A DNA stretch of 64,000 nucleotides. Origin: Macrostomum lignano (lineage: Eukaryota). The stretch is taken from NCBI GenBank assembly GCA_002269645.1, contig NIVC01000651.1, forward strand, positions 1 to 64,000. Direction: 5' to 3'. Shown piece after piece: positions 22,777 to 35,784 of the stretch (positions within the stretch are counted from its first letter, which is position 1; each line of letters opens with the position of its first letter). A program made the translations under genes and the position numbers. Below the pieces are notes generated by a model. That model worked only from the letters and a program-made list of their open reading frames with translations. It did not search any database and was not told the origin of the DNA.

Positions 22777-25700
22777 CTAATCGGCTGGCCGAATTCGCTT
22801 GGCCGGCGGCGGCCTGGCGGCGGCTGCTGCTACCTCCGCCGGGCTGAGGCGCTTCAGGCGCACCAAGCACGGCCGGGTGTGCGACCGCAGCAGGTGGCAG
22901 GTGAGCGGCAGCCCCACCTGGAAGGTCTCCGGACAGGCGATGCACCTGGGGCGGGCGGTAAGTAGTTGGAGATCGTAAACGAGCTCAGGACTTTACGGTG
23001 TTTTCTCTCTGGGGTTTGACTTTTCTTATTGATTCTTTTGCATTCTATTATCTATAAATACTCCCCCCACTAATCATTAACCATAGATGACTATTAATTC
23101 ATATTTCATCATTCAAAGTAATTAAAAACGAAAATAATGAAATGCGGACAAAGCTACACCAACAGCAGGCAAGCAGGAAGGCAGCCTCACCTCTCTTTGT
23201 CAGTTGCGTGAGCAGAGAGCAGGTGCGCCACCCAGGCCTCCTTGCTGGGCAGCAGCGAGTCGTCCCTGGGGCAGCGATGGCAGCGGTAGCCGTGGCCTGA
23301 GGTCAGCATGTGGTCGCGCAGCTGCAGCTCCGTGGCAAAGCACCGGCTACAGGCTGGGCAGTCGTGCGGCGCCCGGCCCGCGCCAGGCCGCGGCGCGAAG
23401 GACACGGCGCCGGAGTCGAGGGAGACGATTAGGCCGTGGGCGGAGGCCAGATGGCGGAGCAGCTGCCCGGCGGCGCCAGCGGAGGCCACACAGAGCGGAC
23501 AGACGCCGCGGTTGATGAGAGAGCGCAGCTCGCGCGGGTGCCGCTCGGCCAGGTGGCCCAGCAGGTGATGGCGCGCCAAGTCGAAGGGCCGCTGGCAGAA
23601 GGCGCAGACCCGGCCGATGGGGCAGCCGCCGCCAGCCGACCGATGAGCCCGGAGGCCGCGTCGGGTGACGAAGCCGCGGCCGCAGTCCGGACAGGCGGAG
23701 CCGCAGCCGGCGGTGATGGCGGCGGCCACCCGCGCCTGCAGCTGCGGCGACTGCTCGGCGCTGCCTCCGCCGAGAGCGTCGGGGTGCGCGGCGGCCAGGT
23801 GCTTGGCGAGGGCGGAGGCGGAGGCGCACAGACCGTTGCACAGCTCGCAATGGACGGCAGTCGAACTGCCGCGCTCCCGCAGCGGAGCGGCGATGAGAGG
23901 CGCAAAGGAGCCGAGGGGTGCCGGCCTGCGGGGATTTGAGTCGGCTTAGTGTGCAATTTGGGATTGACGCACAGATTCTTGGGCCTGCTGGCGCTGTGTG
24001 ACACCAAGGCGAAGGAGAGAGCATTCACTGCCTGACGATGTTTACAATTTTAGGCATCGTATGTCCATGCCCTGGGCTATAAAAAAGCAAAGTTGCAACT
24101 TGCAGTGATTGAAATGTCGCGGGTTTTGGCAGTTGAAAGCGAAGTTATGCATAGACTGCAGTCCGCTGTAATTTTTTGAACAAACTGACAACAGACTCAT
24201 CGAATTACCCAGAAAGAGCGGAGTCTCCGACTCTACTGCACTCAATTCGTGTCTCAATTTCTCACCATGTCTCATCTTTATACCCTTTGAGTCATCTCTC
24301 AACCCAGCTCAACTCTAGTAGCTCGGATGCTGGGATCTTTAAGAAGCAGACAGAACTTTCAAATCTTACCTGGAGCTGAACAGGCCGTCGGGTCGTCCTA
24401 CAGACTGCTGACTCTGCTGTATCTGTTGCTGGGCCGGTTTCACCTGCTGCACTTTCAGAGGCCCAGCGGCCGCAGTGGCAGCAGCGGAGGCCGCGGCAGG
24501 AGCGGCGACAGGCAATGGGCGGTAGCTGCCCTTTGGCATGACAATTTGGCGTCCGCGGAAGACGCCGGGCTCGAGGCGGCCGTGCAGTTCGGACACGCCA
24601 AACCTGTGCAGGCTGTCCAAGCGCAGGCAGCAGTTCAGGTCGGCGCCGTCCGGCGACAGCAGAGCGGGGTGGCCGGCGGAGGCGGCGGCCGCGGTGCAGA
24701 CAGGCAGGTGGCGGTAGAAGACAGCCGGCGTAGCGGCGCCGAAGCAGCAGAAGGTGCAGGCGTAAGCAGGCGGCTTGTCCTCGGGCAGGCCAACCAGGCA
24801 GTGCATTCGGCTCATGTGCTGCCTGCAATGCCGGCACAGATTTAGCCAAGCCTGCTCTGCTTGCGAAATAAATGAGCTTTTAAGGTCTCCCCCAGTCTCA
24901 TGGAGATTGGGCTAGTTGTGGGTCACCCCCACAGTCTCATGGAGATTGGGCTAGTTGTGGGTCACCCCCACAGTCTCATGGAGATTGGGCTAGTTGTGGG
25001 TCACCCCCACAGTCTCATGGAGATTGGGCTAGTTGTGGGTCACCCCCACAGTCTCATGGAGATTGGGCTAGTTGTGGGTCACCCCCACAATCTCATGGAG
25101 AGATTATGACAGTTGTGGGTCACCCCCACAGTCTCATGGAGAGATTATGACAGTTGTGGGTCACCCCCACAATCTCATGGAGAGATTATGACAGTTGTGG
25201 GTCACCCCCACAATCTCATGGAGAGATTATGACAGTTGTGGGTCACCCCCACAGTCTCATGGAGAGATTATGACAGTTGTGGGTCACCCCCACAGTCTCA
25301 TGGAGAGATTATGACAGTTGTGGGTCACCCCCACAGTCTCATGGAGAGATTATGACAGTTGTGGGTCACCCCCACAATCTCATGGAGAGATTATGACAGT
25401 TGTGGGTCACCCCCACAGTCTCATGGGGAGATTATGACAGTTGTGGGTCACCCCCACAGTCTCATGGGGAGATTGGGGTAGCTGTGGGTCACCCCACAGT
25501 CTCATGGGGAGATTGGGGTAGCTGTGGGTCACCCCACAGTCTCATGGGGAGATTGGGGTAGCTGTAGGTCACCCCCACAATCTCATGGAGAGATTATGAC
25601 AGTTTTGGGTCACCCCCACAGTCTCATGGAGATTGGGACAGTTGTGGGTCACCCCACAGTCTCATGAGATTGGGGTAGAACATGTGGGTCACATAATTAG

Positions 25701-27238
25701 GCTGCCAGTGACAATTCACTGCCAAATTTCACTGCCAGTGATAACAGACTGTAAGACAGCTGACTATAAAGAATTTGATATTTTGACAGTGAGTTTTGCT
25801 CTCAATTTCTTGGTTAGATCAATGAATGCAAAGGACCTGGCTCTAGGCAGCAGTGCTCCATTGAATCGGTAAACATTGATAGCAGTGTGCAATCTGGGGC
25901 AATCTGCAGCCAAATTTCGGAATTCCGGTTCATATGAACTTCACTCTGCGAAAACAGCGTCTTCGTAACCTTTTCATGTGCTAAATCTTAACTAGCAGCT
26001 TGTTGGGCCTTTCAGTAGCAGCGGCCTTCAGGCCTTCAAGGCGCATACAAGATGCATGCCCCTCACAATCTCCAGATCGCGCACCTGAATGCCTGCGCAT
26101 CCCTGGTCCCGTAGCGGTCCAGCGCGCAGGAGTAAACTCCGTCATCGCTGAGGTGGCCTCGCTGGTAGTGCAGCAGCACTGACAGCTCTGTGTCGCTGCG
26201 GAACGAGCACGAGTGGCAGCGGAATTTAAAGGACGCTAGCAGGTGGTCGACACTCGGCAGATCGGCCAGCTGCTCCGCCTCCGCGGTAGCGTCCGCCTCC
26301 TCGCCTTCCTTGTCTCCCGCGTAGGCAGTCCGCACCAACGCCAGCCCGGTGTCGAACAGGAAGCGCGCAGTCGGCCGCAGCTGCTCGACGCCACTGGCGC
26401 CCGCGGGCTCTGCCGCCACCAGCTGCAGCCGCTTCTGGTGCACGAACAGGTCACCAGCCCGGTGCGGCACCTGGCTGTAATTCAGCACCACCATGTCGGA
26501 GTCCGGCCTCAGACCCGCTTCGCCTTCGCTGAGCAACTGCGGCCCGGGGCACGCCGGACGCGACTGAAGATTGGGCGCCCGGGGCCTTGTTGCTGCTGCA
26601 GGTTGGGGATGCTGGCGCTGCTGATGCTGAAATTGCTGGATTGGCCGCTGAGGATACTGGAGTTGCCGCTGATAATACTGAGGACGTTGGAGTGGCCGCT
26701 GCTCAGTATGCTGGAGTGGCCGCTGCTCAGGATGCTGGAGTGGCCGCTGCTCAGGATGCTGGAGTGGCCGCTGCTCAGGATGCTGGAGTGGCCGCTGCTC
26801 AGGATGCTGGAGTAGCCGCTGCTCAGGATGCTGGAGTGGCCGCTGCTCAGGATGCTGGAGTAGCCGCTGCTCAGGATGCTGGAGTAGCCGCTGCTCAGGA
26901 TGCTGGGTCAGCCACTGCTGTTGATGCTGAATGGGCCGCAAAGGAGTTCCCGCAATCGCAGACGGGGCAGCAGAGGCAAACGGAATCCACGGCAGTGGAA
27001 TAGGCGGCCTCGAGTGGGGAGGTTTGTGCGCATTGCACGGAGGCGCCGGCATGGCCAGCGTGGCGGAGCTGGTGGCGGACTTCAGCAAGCCTGTCTGTTG
27101 GTGCTGGTTCAGTTGGCCTTGCGGCTGGTAGAACTGCTGCATGGAGAGCTGCTGGTACCACTGCTGATGTTGCTGCTGCTGCTGCAGACTCGCCGCTTGC
27201 TGGCCAGAGATGCCCAGCCAAGGCTGCTGCTGCTGCAT
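22777..27238 (-). CDS. Multi-C2H2 zinc-finger protein with Q/P/H-rich N-terminus, about 836 aa
   Basis: Exons 27238-26085, 24822-24370, 23925-23191, 22945-22777 (2511 nt, in frame, all phase-2 GT-AG). Fingers include CHSCSFRSDTELSVLLHYQRGH, CALDRYGTRDAQAFRQHMSRMH (spans a junction), CELCNGLCASASALAKHLAAAH, CPDCGRGF, CAFCQRPFDLARHHLLGHLAERH, CPACSRCFATELQLRDHMLTSGH, CIACPETFQVGLPLTCHLLRSH. An AATAAA on - lies at 22537-22532. Confidence 0.85.
24890..25690. repeat. Intronic minisatellite, 39/40-nt unit (GTTGTGGGTCACCCCCACAGTCTCATGGAGATTGGGCTA), zinc-finger gene intron 1
   Basis: Read directly; each unit carries a small TGTGGG/CCCACA hairpin. Confidence 0.95.
26690..26905 (-). repeat. Coding 24-nt tandem repeat (RPLQHPEQ/RLLQHPEQ x about 9) within zinc-finger exon 1
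   Basis: Visible in ORF 26063..27238. Confidence 0.9.
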
Positions 27239-27637
27239 TGGGTCTCTGCTGATAATAGCGATCAGAACCCAGGAATGTGGTCAGTGCATGCAAGCAGGCG
27301 AACATTTTTTAGCTTATCATTGACAGACAAATCAATGAGCACTGGCTGTGTTCCTTTTGTTGGCTTCAATGACAAGTAAAAATAGTGATGGGCATTGGAG
27401 CTAATAGAATTTTGAAATAAGCTAATAATTTTTCTAAACTTCCTAAATGCATATTTACTCAAAGTAGTTCTATTAGCTACATTTTAGAACTGATTTTAGA
27501 GTGATAAATTAAGGGCACTGAGAACACAAGGTTGATGGTATTTTTATTATTTTGTTCACTTGATCTGGTCAGTGCAGAGCTATTATGTTGCCTGTTTCTT
27601 TTGTGTAATGTGATGTTCCTGCTTCAACCAGGAGCAC

Positions 27638-28086
27638 AAGAATAGCCCATAGACAAATTGCCTGTAGAAGATTTGCCTGTAGAAGATTTGCCTGCAGGAG
27701 ATTTGCCTGTAGAAGATTTGCCTGTAGAAGATTTGCATGCAAGAGATTTGCCTGTAGAAGATTTGCCTGCAATGCAATTTGTTCACAAGTGAATTGCCTA
27801 TGAAGTTTTTTTCTTGCCAAGGTTTGCCTGTAGGCCTACAAAGTTTTTTTCTTATAGCACATTTAGCCACATGGCAGATTTGTCTGCATTGCCTCCCCAT
27901 TGCTTAGTAAGTCTTAATAAAGGGATTGAACCTAAATGTGCTATAGGAAAAAAGCATGCAGACAAATCTTGGTAGGGAATTTGCTTGCAGGCAATCAATT
28001 GAGAGCAAATTGCACTGAAGGCAAAGCTTAATGGGCAAATCTTAATAGGTAAATCTTGGTAGTCAACTTGTCTATGGTCAATTCTT
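27638..28086. mobile_element. Degenerate foldback/MITE with about 23-bp imperfect TIRs and 15-bp subterminal repeats
   Basis: AAGAATAGCCCATAGACAAATTG (27638-27660) versus CAACTTGTCTATGGTCAATTCTT (28064-28086); GATTTGCCTGTAGAA units on the left and inverted GCAAATCTT units on the right. Confidence 0.55.
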
Positions 28087-29789
28087 ATAGACCCACTTCA
28101 ACTATCATTTGCTTAATAGATCTGAATCATCTAGTATAGCAGTCAACATGCTTTTGTTTGAAGGCATTTTAATTTTAAAGTGCTTTCAAATAAATAGTAT
28201 TCATTTTTACAATGTATTTCAAGTCAAAAGAGCTGCTTGACCTTTGCAAAAAGCATGTTTTTAGAATATTTAATATCTTTAGCATCAAGCAATTTTTTAG
28301 CCATGTTGTATATACTGTCACAAAACAATTTCTGATTGAACAGTGCAAGTTCAAAAAAAATTGGCTGAGCCATTTTTGCTAAAATGGATTACATACCTAC
28401 TTAGATAGATAGATAGATACTTATTACTGACAGACAATTTTTAGTACAAGTATATATATATGGATTTTTTGTGACTAATAGTAATTTACAAGCATACAAA
28501 CATTAGAGATTTAGTATATTTGGATAATACACTTGGCCCATTCCATATAAGATGGACATACTTGGAAAATAGAAAAAAGTCAATATTTTTGCTTGTCATT
28601 GCCTTATCAGCAAATTTTTTTTACCAAATCTTTTTTGTAGGTAATGTATACAATCTAAGAATAAATAAATGATTAAATGTTGGATTAGAATGTTATCAAT
28701 TGGCAAAAAGTTATTTTTGTAAAAATTGGACATTTTCTAAGCAAAAGACATCATTAAGTCTATGTACCTTTTAAAAACAAATAGAAAGCTTTAGAAGGTT
28801 AAAACAAACTATATATAAAATTATAGTACTTGTATCATCAGATAAAAGCATTAGCAACCATATAATCTATTATATTTTTAATATATTAGTACTTCAAAGT
28901 TACTAAATTGACAGAAAAAATATATTACAACCATAATGTTACAACCATAAGGCTGCCTTTTCTTTTGTATCTTTGTTGCCTTTTTGAGTTTATATATTCT
29001 AATAAGAGTATGACTTCTAAAGATGTTCTTATTCAAATTTAAAAAAATTATTGCAAAATATCAAAAATGAAAAATGGTATAAGACTTTTACCTTTTTGTT
29101 TCTATATGTCAAAAATCCTGTTGTTACGACCATAAGTGGTTTAATAGCATCTATACTAATGATGATATCTATATGAAACTTTATAAACATATTCTTGACA
29201 AAATAATCTTTCATTCAAAATATTGGTTTAGTATATTCTATTATTAGATTTCATTTTATAAGTAAAAATAGTCTGTCATGTTACGACCATAATTATATAG
29301 AATGGCCCACTTGTAATATATCAATTTTTATACAAAATTTACCTTTTATAAACTGCCAATTTTATTGATTAAGTTTCTTTTTAATCCCTATTAAATTGTA
29401 GAATTGTAAGACAATAGTTAGAATTTCTTTAAAACTATCTTAGCTAACCTATAGACATTTACTAAGGAAATATAGAAAAGCCACAAATAAAATCGATCCA
29501 TTTCAAACATAATAAAAATAAATTACATGCTACTTTTGCTAAAAAATCTCTATTCTAAGTGAAAGTAAATAGCATGATATTAATAAAGTAGATTAATATC
29601 ATTAAATTTATGATATAAATTTTATAATGTAAATAATTATAAAATGGTTTGTTTTTATCCTGATTGAGATAGGCATACAAGTTTAGCCTTAAAATTAAAT
29701 TAGGCCTAAGGCTTAATGTTTAGACAAAGAATAATTCACAAAACTGTTAGTTTTACCTTGAATTTATTTATTAAGAAAATACATACTCC

Positions 29790-32073
29790 TAGAGAATTTA
29801 TGACATTTTGTCCAAGGGACATTTTGTCCAGGACACTTCATTCAAAAATGTTGGGGCATAACATTTTGTCCAAAGGGTATACAACATTTTGTCCAAAATT
29901 TTGTTAATTTTAGTCTAATTGATTGAAATGTTCATTGTTGAAAAGGGTGCATTCAGTAAAGGGTTCAAATGTCAAACAGGTACCACTTATGTTTGCACTA
30001 ATGTCCCATTGAAAATCAAAGGATTACGAGAAGGTACAACTAATTGTAATCAAAAAATAAATAATGAGACCATACAAGTATGTGTATATGTGCCTGTGCA
30101 TTTACATTTTAAAATTCTTTCTAACATTTTAAAGGTCTTTGACTGCTTTATTGAGTGCAGCAATCTGGGCACATACTGTCCAACTCTTGACATTGCAGAC
30201 TTCAAGCAAGGCACGTACATATTACCTATGTTACATATGCAAGCTATACTGTTAATTTGTTATATGTCATATTTCAAACTATAATTTCTACATGTTCAAC
30301 CACTTCATACATGTAGGACTGTGGAGGGCCATCAGGACAATACTGCCAGGGGTTAAGCTGCAAGGATGCTACTTTCATTGGACTCAGGCAGTCTAGAGAC
30401 ATATGCAGACTTCTAGACTTGCTGTGCATTATGCTAAGCATGGTACAGTGCACAGGGTTGTCCAGCATATCTTGTCCCTACCTTTTCTCCCAGCTGACAA
30501 TTGCTGAGGTGTTCTCCATCATCATCTGAGACAGCCAGCACAATAAGCAGTTGTCACAATTGGCACAGTACATTTGCTCAACTTGGGTAGTGCCATTTTC
30601 CCTGTTGTATCATGGAGCGTTTACTGGCACACTGTCCACACAAACAATGATGTTGAAAGCTAGCATCGCCACCTTAACTCTAAAGCCCATGGCTCTTTGT
30701 TGCCTATGTATCAGCTTATTGGCATTCTGCACAAGGAGGCTTAGTTGATTCCAATACAAAAACAGCTTCTAGACTAGGATGTTGTGCTGTAATACCAATG
30801 TAAAGTGTCAAAGACAGTCCAGGGACACATTGCTCATTAGCGACAACTTCTAAAAAAAGGACAAATTAGCCCCAATAGCTTCCTGAAGTCTGTGAGCCTT
30901 ATTTATTTGTCAAAATTTGTCAAACCTGATGCATTGCCTGGTTAACATTTACATTAACATGGCATTCTATATGTGTGCTTTGTGGGTAGCCATAGGCTGT
31001 GTACAAAGTAGGTTAGGGGTGGCAGGGTGGCATCTGCGTTGGGGGGTTGTCACAGTTGGCTAGCTTTTTAACCCCCAACTTTTGCTCTGTTTGCAGTGTC
31101 GCACACCTGCTCAATTTTACGCGATGGCTAGCCTTGCTAAACTTATAACCCAAAAATTGAAAGCCTAACTCTCTGTGGCTGGCCAGCCAACTACTGGTAA
31201 CAAGAGAACTCTGTTAGCACATCTGAAAAGTTTGCAAGGTAGAGACCCTGAATAAGACAACTCAACTAGCAGACAAGAGGAATCAACTGACAGCAAGACC
31301 AATAGCCAACTGCAGCCCTAGCCACTGCCCCCCTAACCACCACTGCTCGACAAAGGGTCAGACTTTGCGCAATAAGATCAAAGCAACCAAGGAAGGCATC
31401 AGGCTATTGAGACTCCAAAAAGAGGAAGCAGAGTTGACAGCCAAGCTTAGCAACAGACACCATGGCATAAAGATGTATGGTAAGCTAGCTTTTTTTGCTA
31501 GTTGGGGCACCACATATTCAGCCTTAGAGAATATTCCCCTCCTGGAGCAAGATGCTGACCCCACCAAGAGGGGGCCACTTCTCATACCTGACTTTATCAA
31601 AGACTCTAGAAATGTCAGCATTGGCAATAAGAAAGGAACAAATACCAAACAGAAGCCACTAGAGCAGATTAGCATTGGCGAGTGGATAAGTGCAAATGCG
31701 AGAATTCTCCAGTCCCTGATCAAATTTGGGGAGATGATTGACTGGGAAGTGTGTGCTGCTCCAAGGTTGCATAAGTACCTTGCCTATAACCACCAGTTAG
31801 GCAAACTGCTGAATATTGGCAATAGCATATTACATATACCATTTTAAATAATGTTAGTACTTAAAGTTTTACTGCAATGCTATTGCAATGCACTGCTACA
31901 TACTTAAATGCACTCTCATCCAAACACTTCTATCAATTAGACTAAAATTTGTATATTGGACTTAGACAAATTGTTGTGCCCATTGGACAAAATGTTGTAC
32001 CCTTTAGACAAAATGTCTCATTTGGACAAAAAAAGACCTAGACAAAAAGTCTTTGGATAAAATATCCTATTCC
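29790..32073. mobile_element. Decayed TIR DNA-transposon-like element with inverted GACATTTTGTCC subterminal repeats, enclosing foreign coding remnants
   Basis: ACATTTTGTCC x4 at about 29800-29895; inverted (G)GACAAAATG copies at about 31960-32062. Confidence 0.45.
31125..31815 (+). pseudogene. Gag-like ORF1 remnant of a DIRS/Ngaro-type tyrosine-recombinase retroelement (SAP-like motif at the N-terminus, interrupted by stops)
   Basis: KQKPLEQISIGEWISANARILQSLIKFGEM...KYLAYNHQLGKLL resembles DIRS-like gag from invertebrates. GQPTTGNKRTLLAHL is SAP-like and follows an in-frame stop. No RT or recombinase follows. Confidence 0.5.
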
Positions 32074-32185
32074 CGTCATAGATAGTAACTAGGCCTAGTA
32101 TTTACTATTAAGTTAGTTAATATTTAAACATCTAAATATCATGTTATAAATTATAATCATATAGGCCCCCTACCAATGGCATATG

Positions 32186-32446
32186 CTAGGGTTTTTTTTC
32201 GCCAGAGACAAGGTGTAAAATCACACCTTGTGCCAAATTTCAAGGTGCGATTTTAAGGCTCAGAGTGCAATTTCTCTTGAGTCTTGTTTCAGACAACTGG
32301 GAACATATAGACATGTCTTATGTCTATATGGTTATGGTTAAAATGGTTATAAGACCGCACCTAAATTGCACCTACTTTTTTAATTTCAAGGTGCAATTTT
32401 AAAATTTAGGGTGCATATGCACACTCTGCGCATAAAAAAACCCAAG
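32186..32446. mobile_element. hAT-like MITE, about 260 bp
   Basis: Ends CTAGGGTTTTTTT / AAAAAAACCCAAG, flanked by the direct repeat (G)GCATATG at 32178-32185 and 32446-32453. Confidence 0.6.
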
Positions 32447-32456
32447 GCATATGACT

Positions 32457-32708
32457 AAGACCACCACACACCAAGACCACTACAGCTATTGTTGGCTTAT
32501 TGAGAGGGAGCTACTAATTATTGAGCATATTAAGGGGGGCTACCAATCTTCTAGCATTGCTATTCCTCTCATAGGTTCTTTTCTTGTAGCCTTGTCCTGC
32601 TGGCTCTCTTATTCACTTATCTCTCCTCTAGCACCATCTAATAACACATTAAATCAAATTTCTTCCTTAGCTCCCCCAAGTGTGGTAGTCTTGGTGTGTG
32701 GCGGTCTT
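32457..32708. mobile_element. MITE-like element with about 25-bp imperfect inverted ends
   Basis: AAGACCACCACACACCAAGACCACTAC versus GTAGTCTTGGTGTGTGGCGGTCTT. Confidence 0.5.
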
Positions 32709-35700
32709 GGTCCTACACTCCCCTACCAATAATACCTAGGCCTATACTAGGCTAGGCCTTATGTTATAGCAAAGGCTAAAAGAACTAGGCCTATAGAGTA
32801 GGCCCTATTTATTGATTCAATGAATCAATAATTGCAATAAACTTTTTAGAACTTGATATAGGCCTAGTAGTTGGGGTAGGCTAAAGGTCTAATTAATATA
32901 GGCTTAGCCTCATAGGTTTATAGGCCTAGGCTTAGGCCTAGCCTATAGATTTTATGGTTTAGGTCCTAGTAAATTTAAGCCCCTAAGCCTAAGCAAGCTG
33001 GCCCTAACACTTAGGCTTAGGCTTAGCTAGGCCTAATGACTAGGCCTAAATGAGCAAAGACCAAAGCAAAGGCCTATATAGGATGTAATCACAATGGGCC
33101 TAAAGCTAATAAATGGGGCTCTATTTTAATTTAGGCCTATTTATTAAACTTGCTATTTAGCCATTGGAATGATACTTAGATTAAATTTTAGTATAGGCTA
33201 TACGCTATAGGATATCAAGATAATAGCAATATATAAGCCTAGGCCTATTAGTATTAGTATTATTAGGACATGGACATTAAGTTTATATAGAAATAAAAGC
33301 TAGGGCCTATCTAAAAATACTTTTACACGACTTTTACCATGGCTCATTTCACACAAATTGTCTAGTTAATCCCCGATCTACCGGTCAAACTCTACATAGT
33401 CTTACGATTCGGCCTTAGGCCTATCTATGCATGAGGCTTTTCATATTACCAATTCCAGAATCAGAATCGGTTATTAGGATCTTCCAAGAAAAAACAGCAG
33501 TATAACTATTTAATTCTGTTGAATGTTTGACTGCCTTAACAACCTCACTTAGCACAATTTTTCACTTTCTTCTTGGCGATTGTCATTCAATAATAAAAAC
33601 TTTATAGCACGTATCTCCCTCTAGTTATGGAGACAAAAAGTTTTACTTCACAAATTGGTTCTGGTTCTGGAACCAGAACAAGCAATATGAAAATGCCTTA
33701 TAGGCAAGGCTTGCGGCTAGAGTCCCGACAACCCGGAAAATTATATTGCATTTGTTAAATCTCATAAGCAAAGTTTCTAAAAGGATGTATCTCTCCAAAA
33801 ATATTCACAAATTTTACCTTGAATTTACCTGTGTAAAAAGAGGAAACTCAATTGGGTTCTTTTAATGTGCTTAAAATGTGCTCAGTACAATTTCTTGGAA
33901 ATATATTATCAATAACACTGACTTCCATTTACAAAAGGCTGACGACAGGTTAGGACCTTTATCACCTCACCATTATCTTTTAGTGCACTCAAAGTGCAAT
34001 CCAATTACACTCAGCAAAGTGCAGTGCTAAATTTGAGTGAAACCAGTATGAATTAGTCACCCAATCAATACGTTAGTCTGCATATCGAATTTCTTCCATA
34101 ACAGGGGGCTGGATCCGAGATTTGTCTTAAGAAAGAGGTTTTTCTATAAAAGTTTATGTAGGGGTAATGTAAATCGGTAATGAGCCATCAATACTTGCAT
34201 ATGACATGTCTGCCAATGTCCCTGGCCTGTTAGGACTACTAAGAACTGCAAAATGCAATAAAACTGGGCAAAATCTGCCCCGGGACTATGCACGGCAGGA
34301 AAAAAAGCATTGCGCGGGCAAATCGTCAGTGGACAAGTCTCATGAACTCGTTAGTTTCTCTGTGCTGATTGTGTAATCAGGCCCATAAGAGCGATCGCGG
34401 GCGTGGTGTGCAGTTCGTCACTTGGGGCGGAGATCTGACGCAAATTGACGCAAATGACGCAAATTATAAAAAATGCCTTTTTTCTGTGTCACTACTAATT
34501 AAACCTTTGATCTCTTCTGAATTCAAGTCGCTAATAAAGTAGCCTAAGTCTATTAAAGTACATGTAGGTCCATGGATCGATTCGAGAAGTTTCGGGAACG
34601 AGAAAATTCCAATTCTTTTCGGTGCACTTGTTTTCACTGGTTGCAGAAATTTCCTGCAGAAAATATTGAGCTTTTGTTTGTAATTTAATGCATGCATGTG
34701 CGTACATGTACCTGTACTGTGTGTAGATTCTGAATCGGTGTGCAGCTCTCAGCCTCACTTGGAGATACACATACAGAGCACGCATATACGTGCACTGGGA
34801 GGCGTCAGTAATCAAAATCCATAAGGCCAAAAAAGAAGCAAATTTAAGGTTGAAAAGTTTAATTTTTCCTTTATTTGAAATTGAAAAAAGCACAAGGAAA
34901 GGCGGTCTCTATCAGCTAAAAAAGAACAACAATGATTTGAACCATTCTTACTTGCAAGTTCGCTAGCAGGAAACTCCGGAAAAAAACAGGCCAACCGAAA
35001 AGAAAAAAATAGCGTGGGTAAAATTGGGGCATTGAAGAACAGAGTCAAAAACTCAAAGCCTGTCTCTGCAGCCAGCTGATGGCGAGTTGCAGCTTCCACG
35101 AACTCGGAGTCCTGAAACAGCAGCCACTGCGAGAAAGGCCGGACCAAAACAGCAAGTGGAAACACTAATAATAAAAAATCCCGTGACCAAATGGCAGCAT
35201 AAAGTGCCAAAATATGAGAAAATAACAAAAGCAGAGAGCAGAGCCCGCTCAAAGGGCAGAGAAAAAAACAAAAGCGGGACGAGATGGGGCAGGCAGCTAG
35301 AGAACAGTAGCTGATGAGGTGCGAGTCTGGGCGGGGACAACGCCAATGAGACTGACTTTCAATCATCAGCTGGCAAGCGGTGCGTAGAAGTTAAAGGCGA
35401 ATAAGAGGGCCGTATGCTATAGATAAACCTTTCACAACTAAGGTTCAATGAGCTCCCGAGCAGTGAAACCTGGATATTGCCCGAGGAGGATGACGCAGAG
35501 AGACAAAAGCGAAATGGCTATAAAACACTGAAAAGGGTGGCGCTAGAAAACGAGAAGGGCGGGATTTACAGAAAATGGTGCTGAGCTGTCAGCCAACCCC
35601 ACCTGGGGCGACGGCTGTGTCTGCAAGAAATCTTCCAATGTAATTGGAGTCTGAAAATTCTAAAACCTTTTCTTTGTTTTAACTGCAGCAGCAACTCCAG

Positions 35701-35784
35701 TAAGCTTAGATTATCATCATTTCGAGTTCATTTCCAACTTCTGGACAATGAACCGAGCTGGTCCGTGACCGGAGCCCCGCCAAC

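Noticed and set aside
27569-27820. Pentapeptide-repeat-like ORF (LQANL)n
   Set aside because: Coincides with 15-bp subterminal repeats of an inverted-repeat element.
34812-35366. ORFs of 75-184 aa downstream of MARF1
   Set aside because: No recognisable homology, biased composition and no splice structure.
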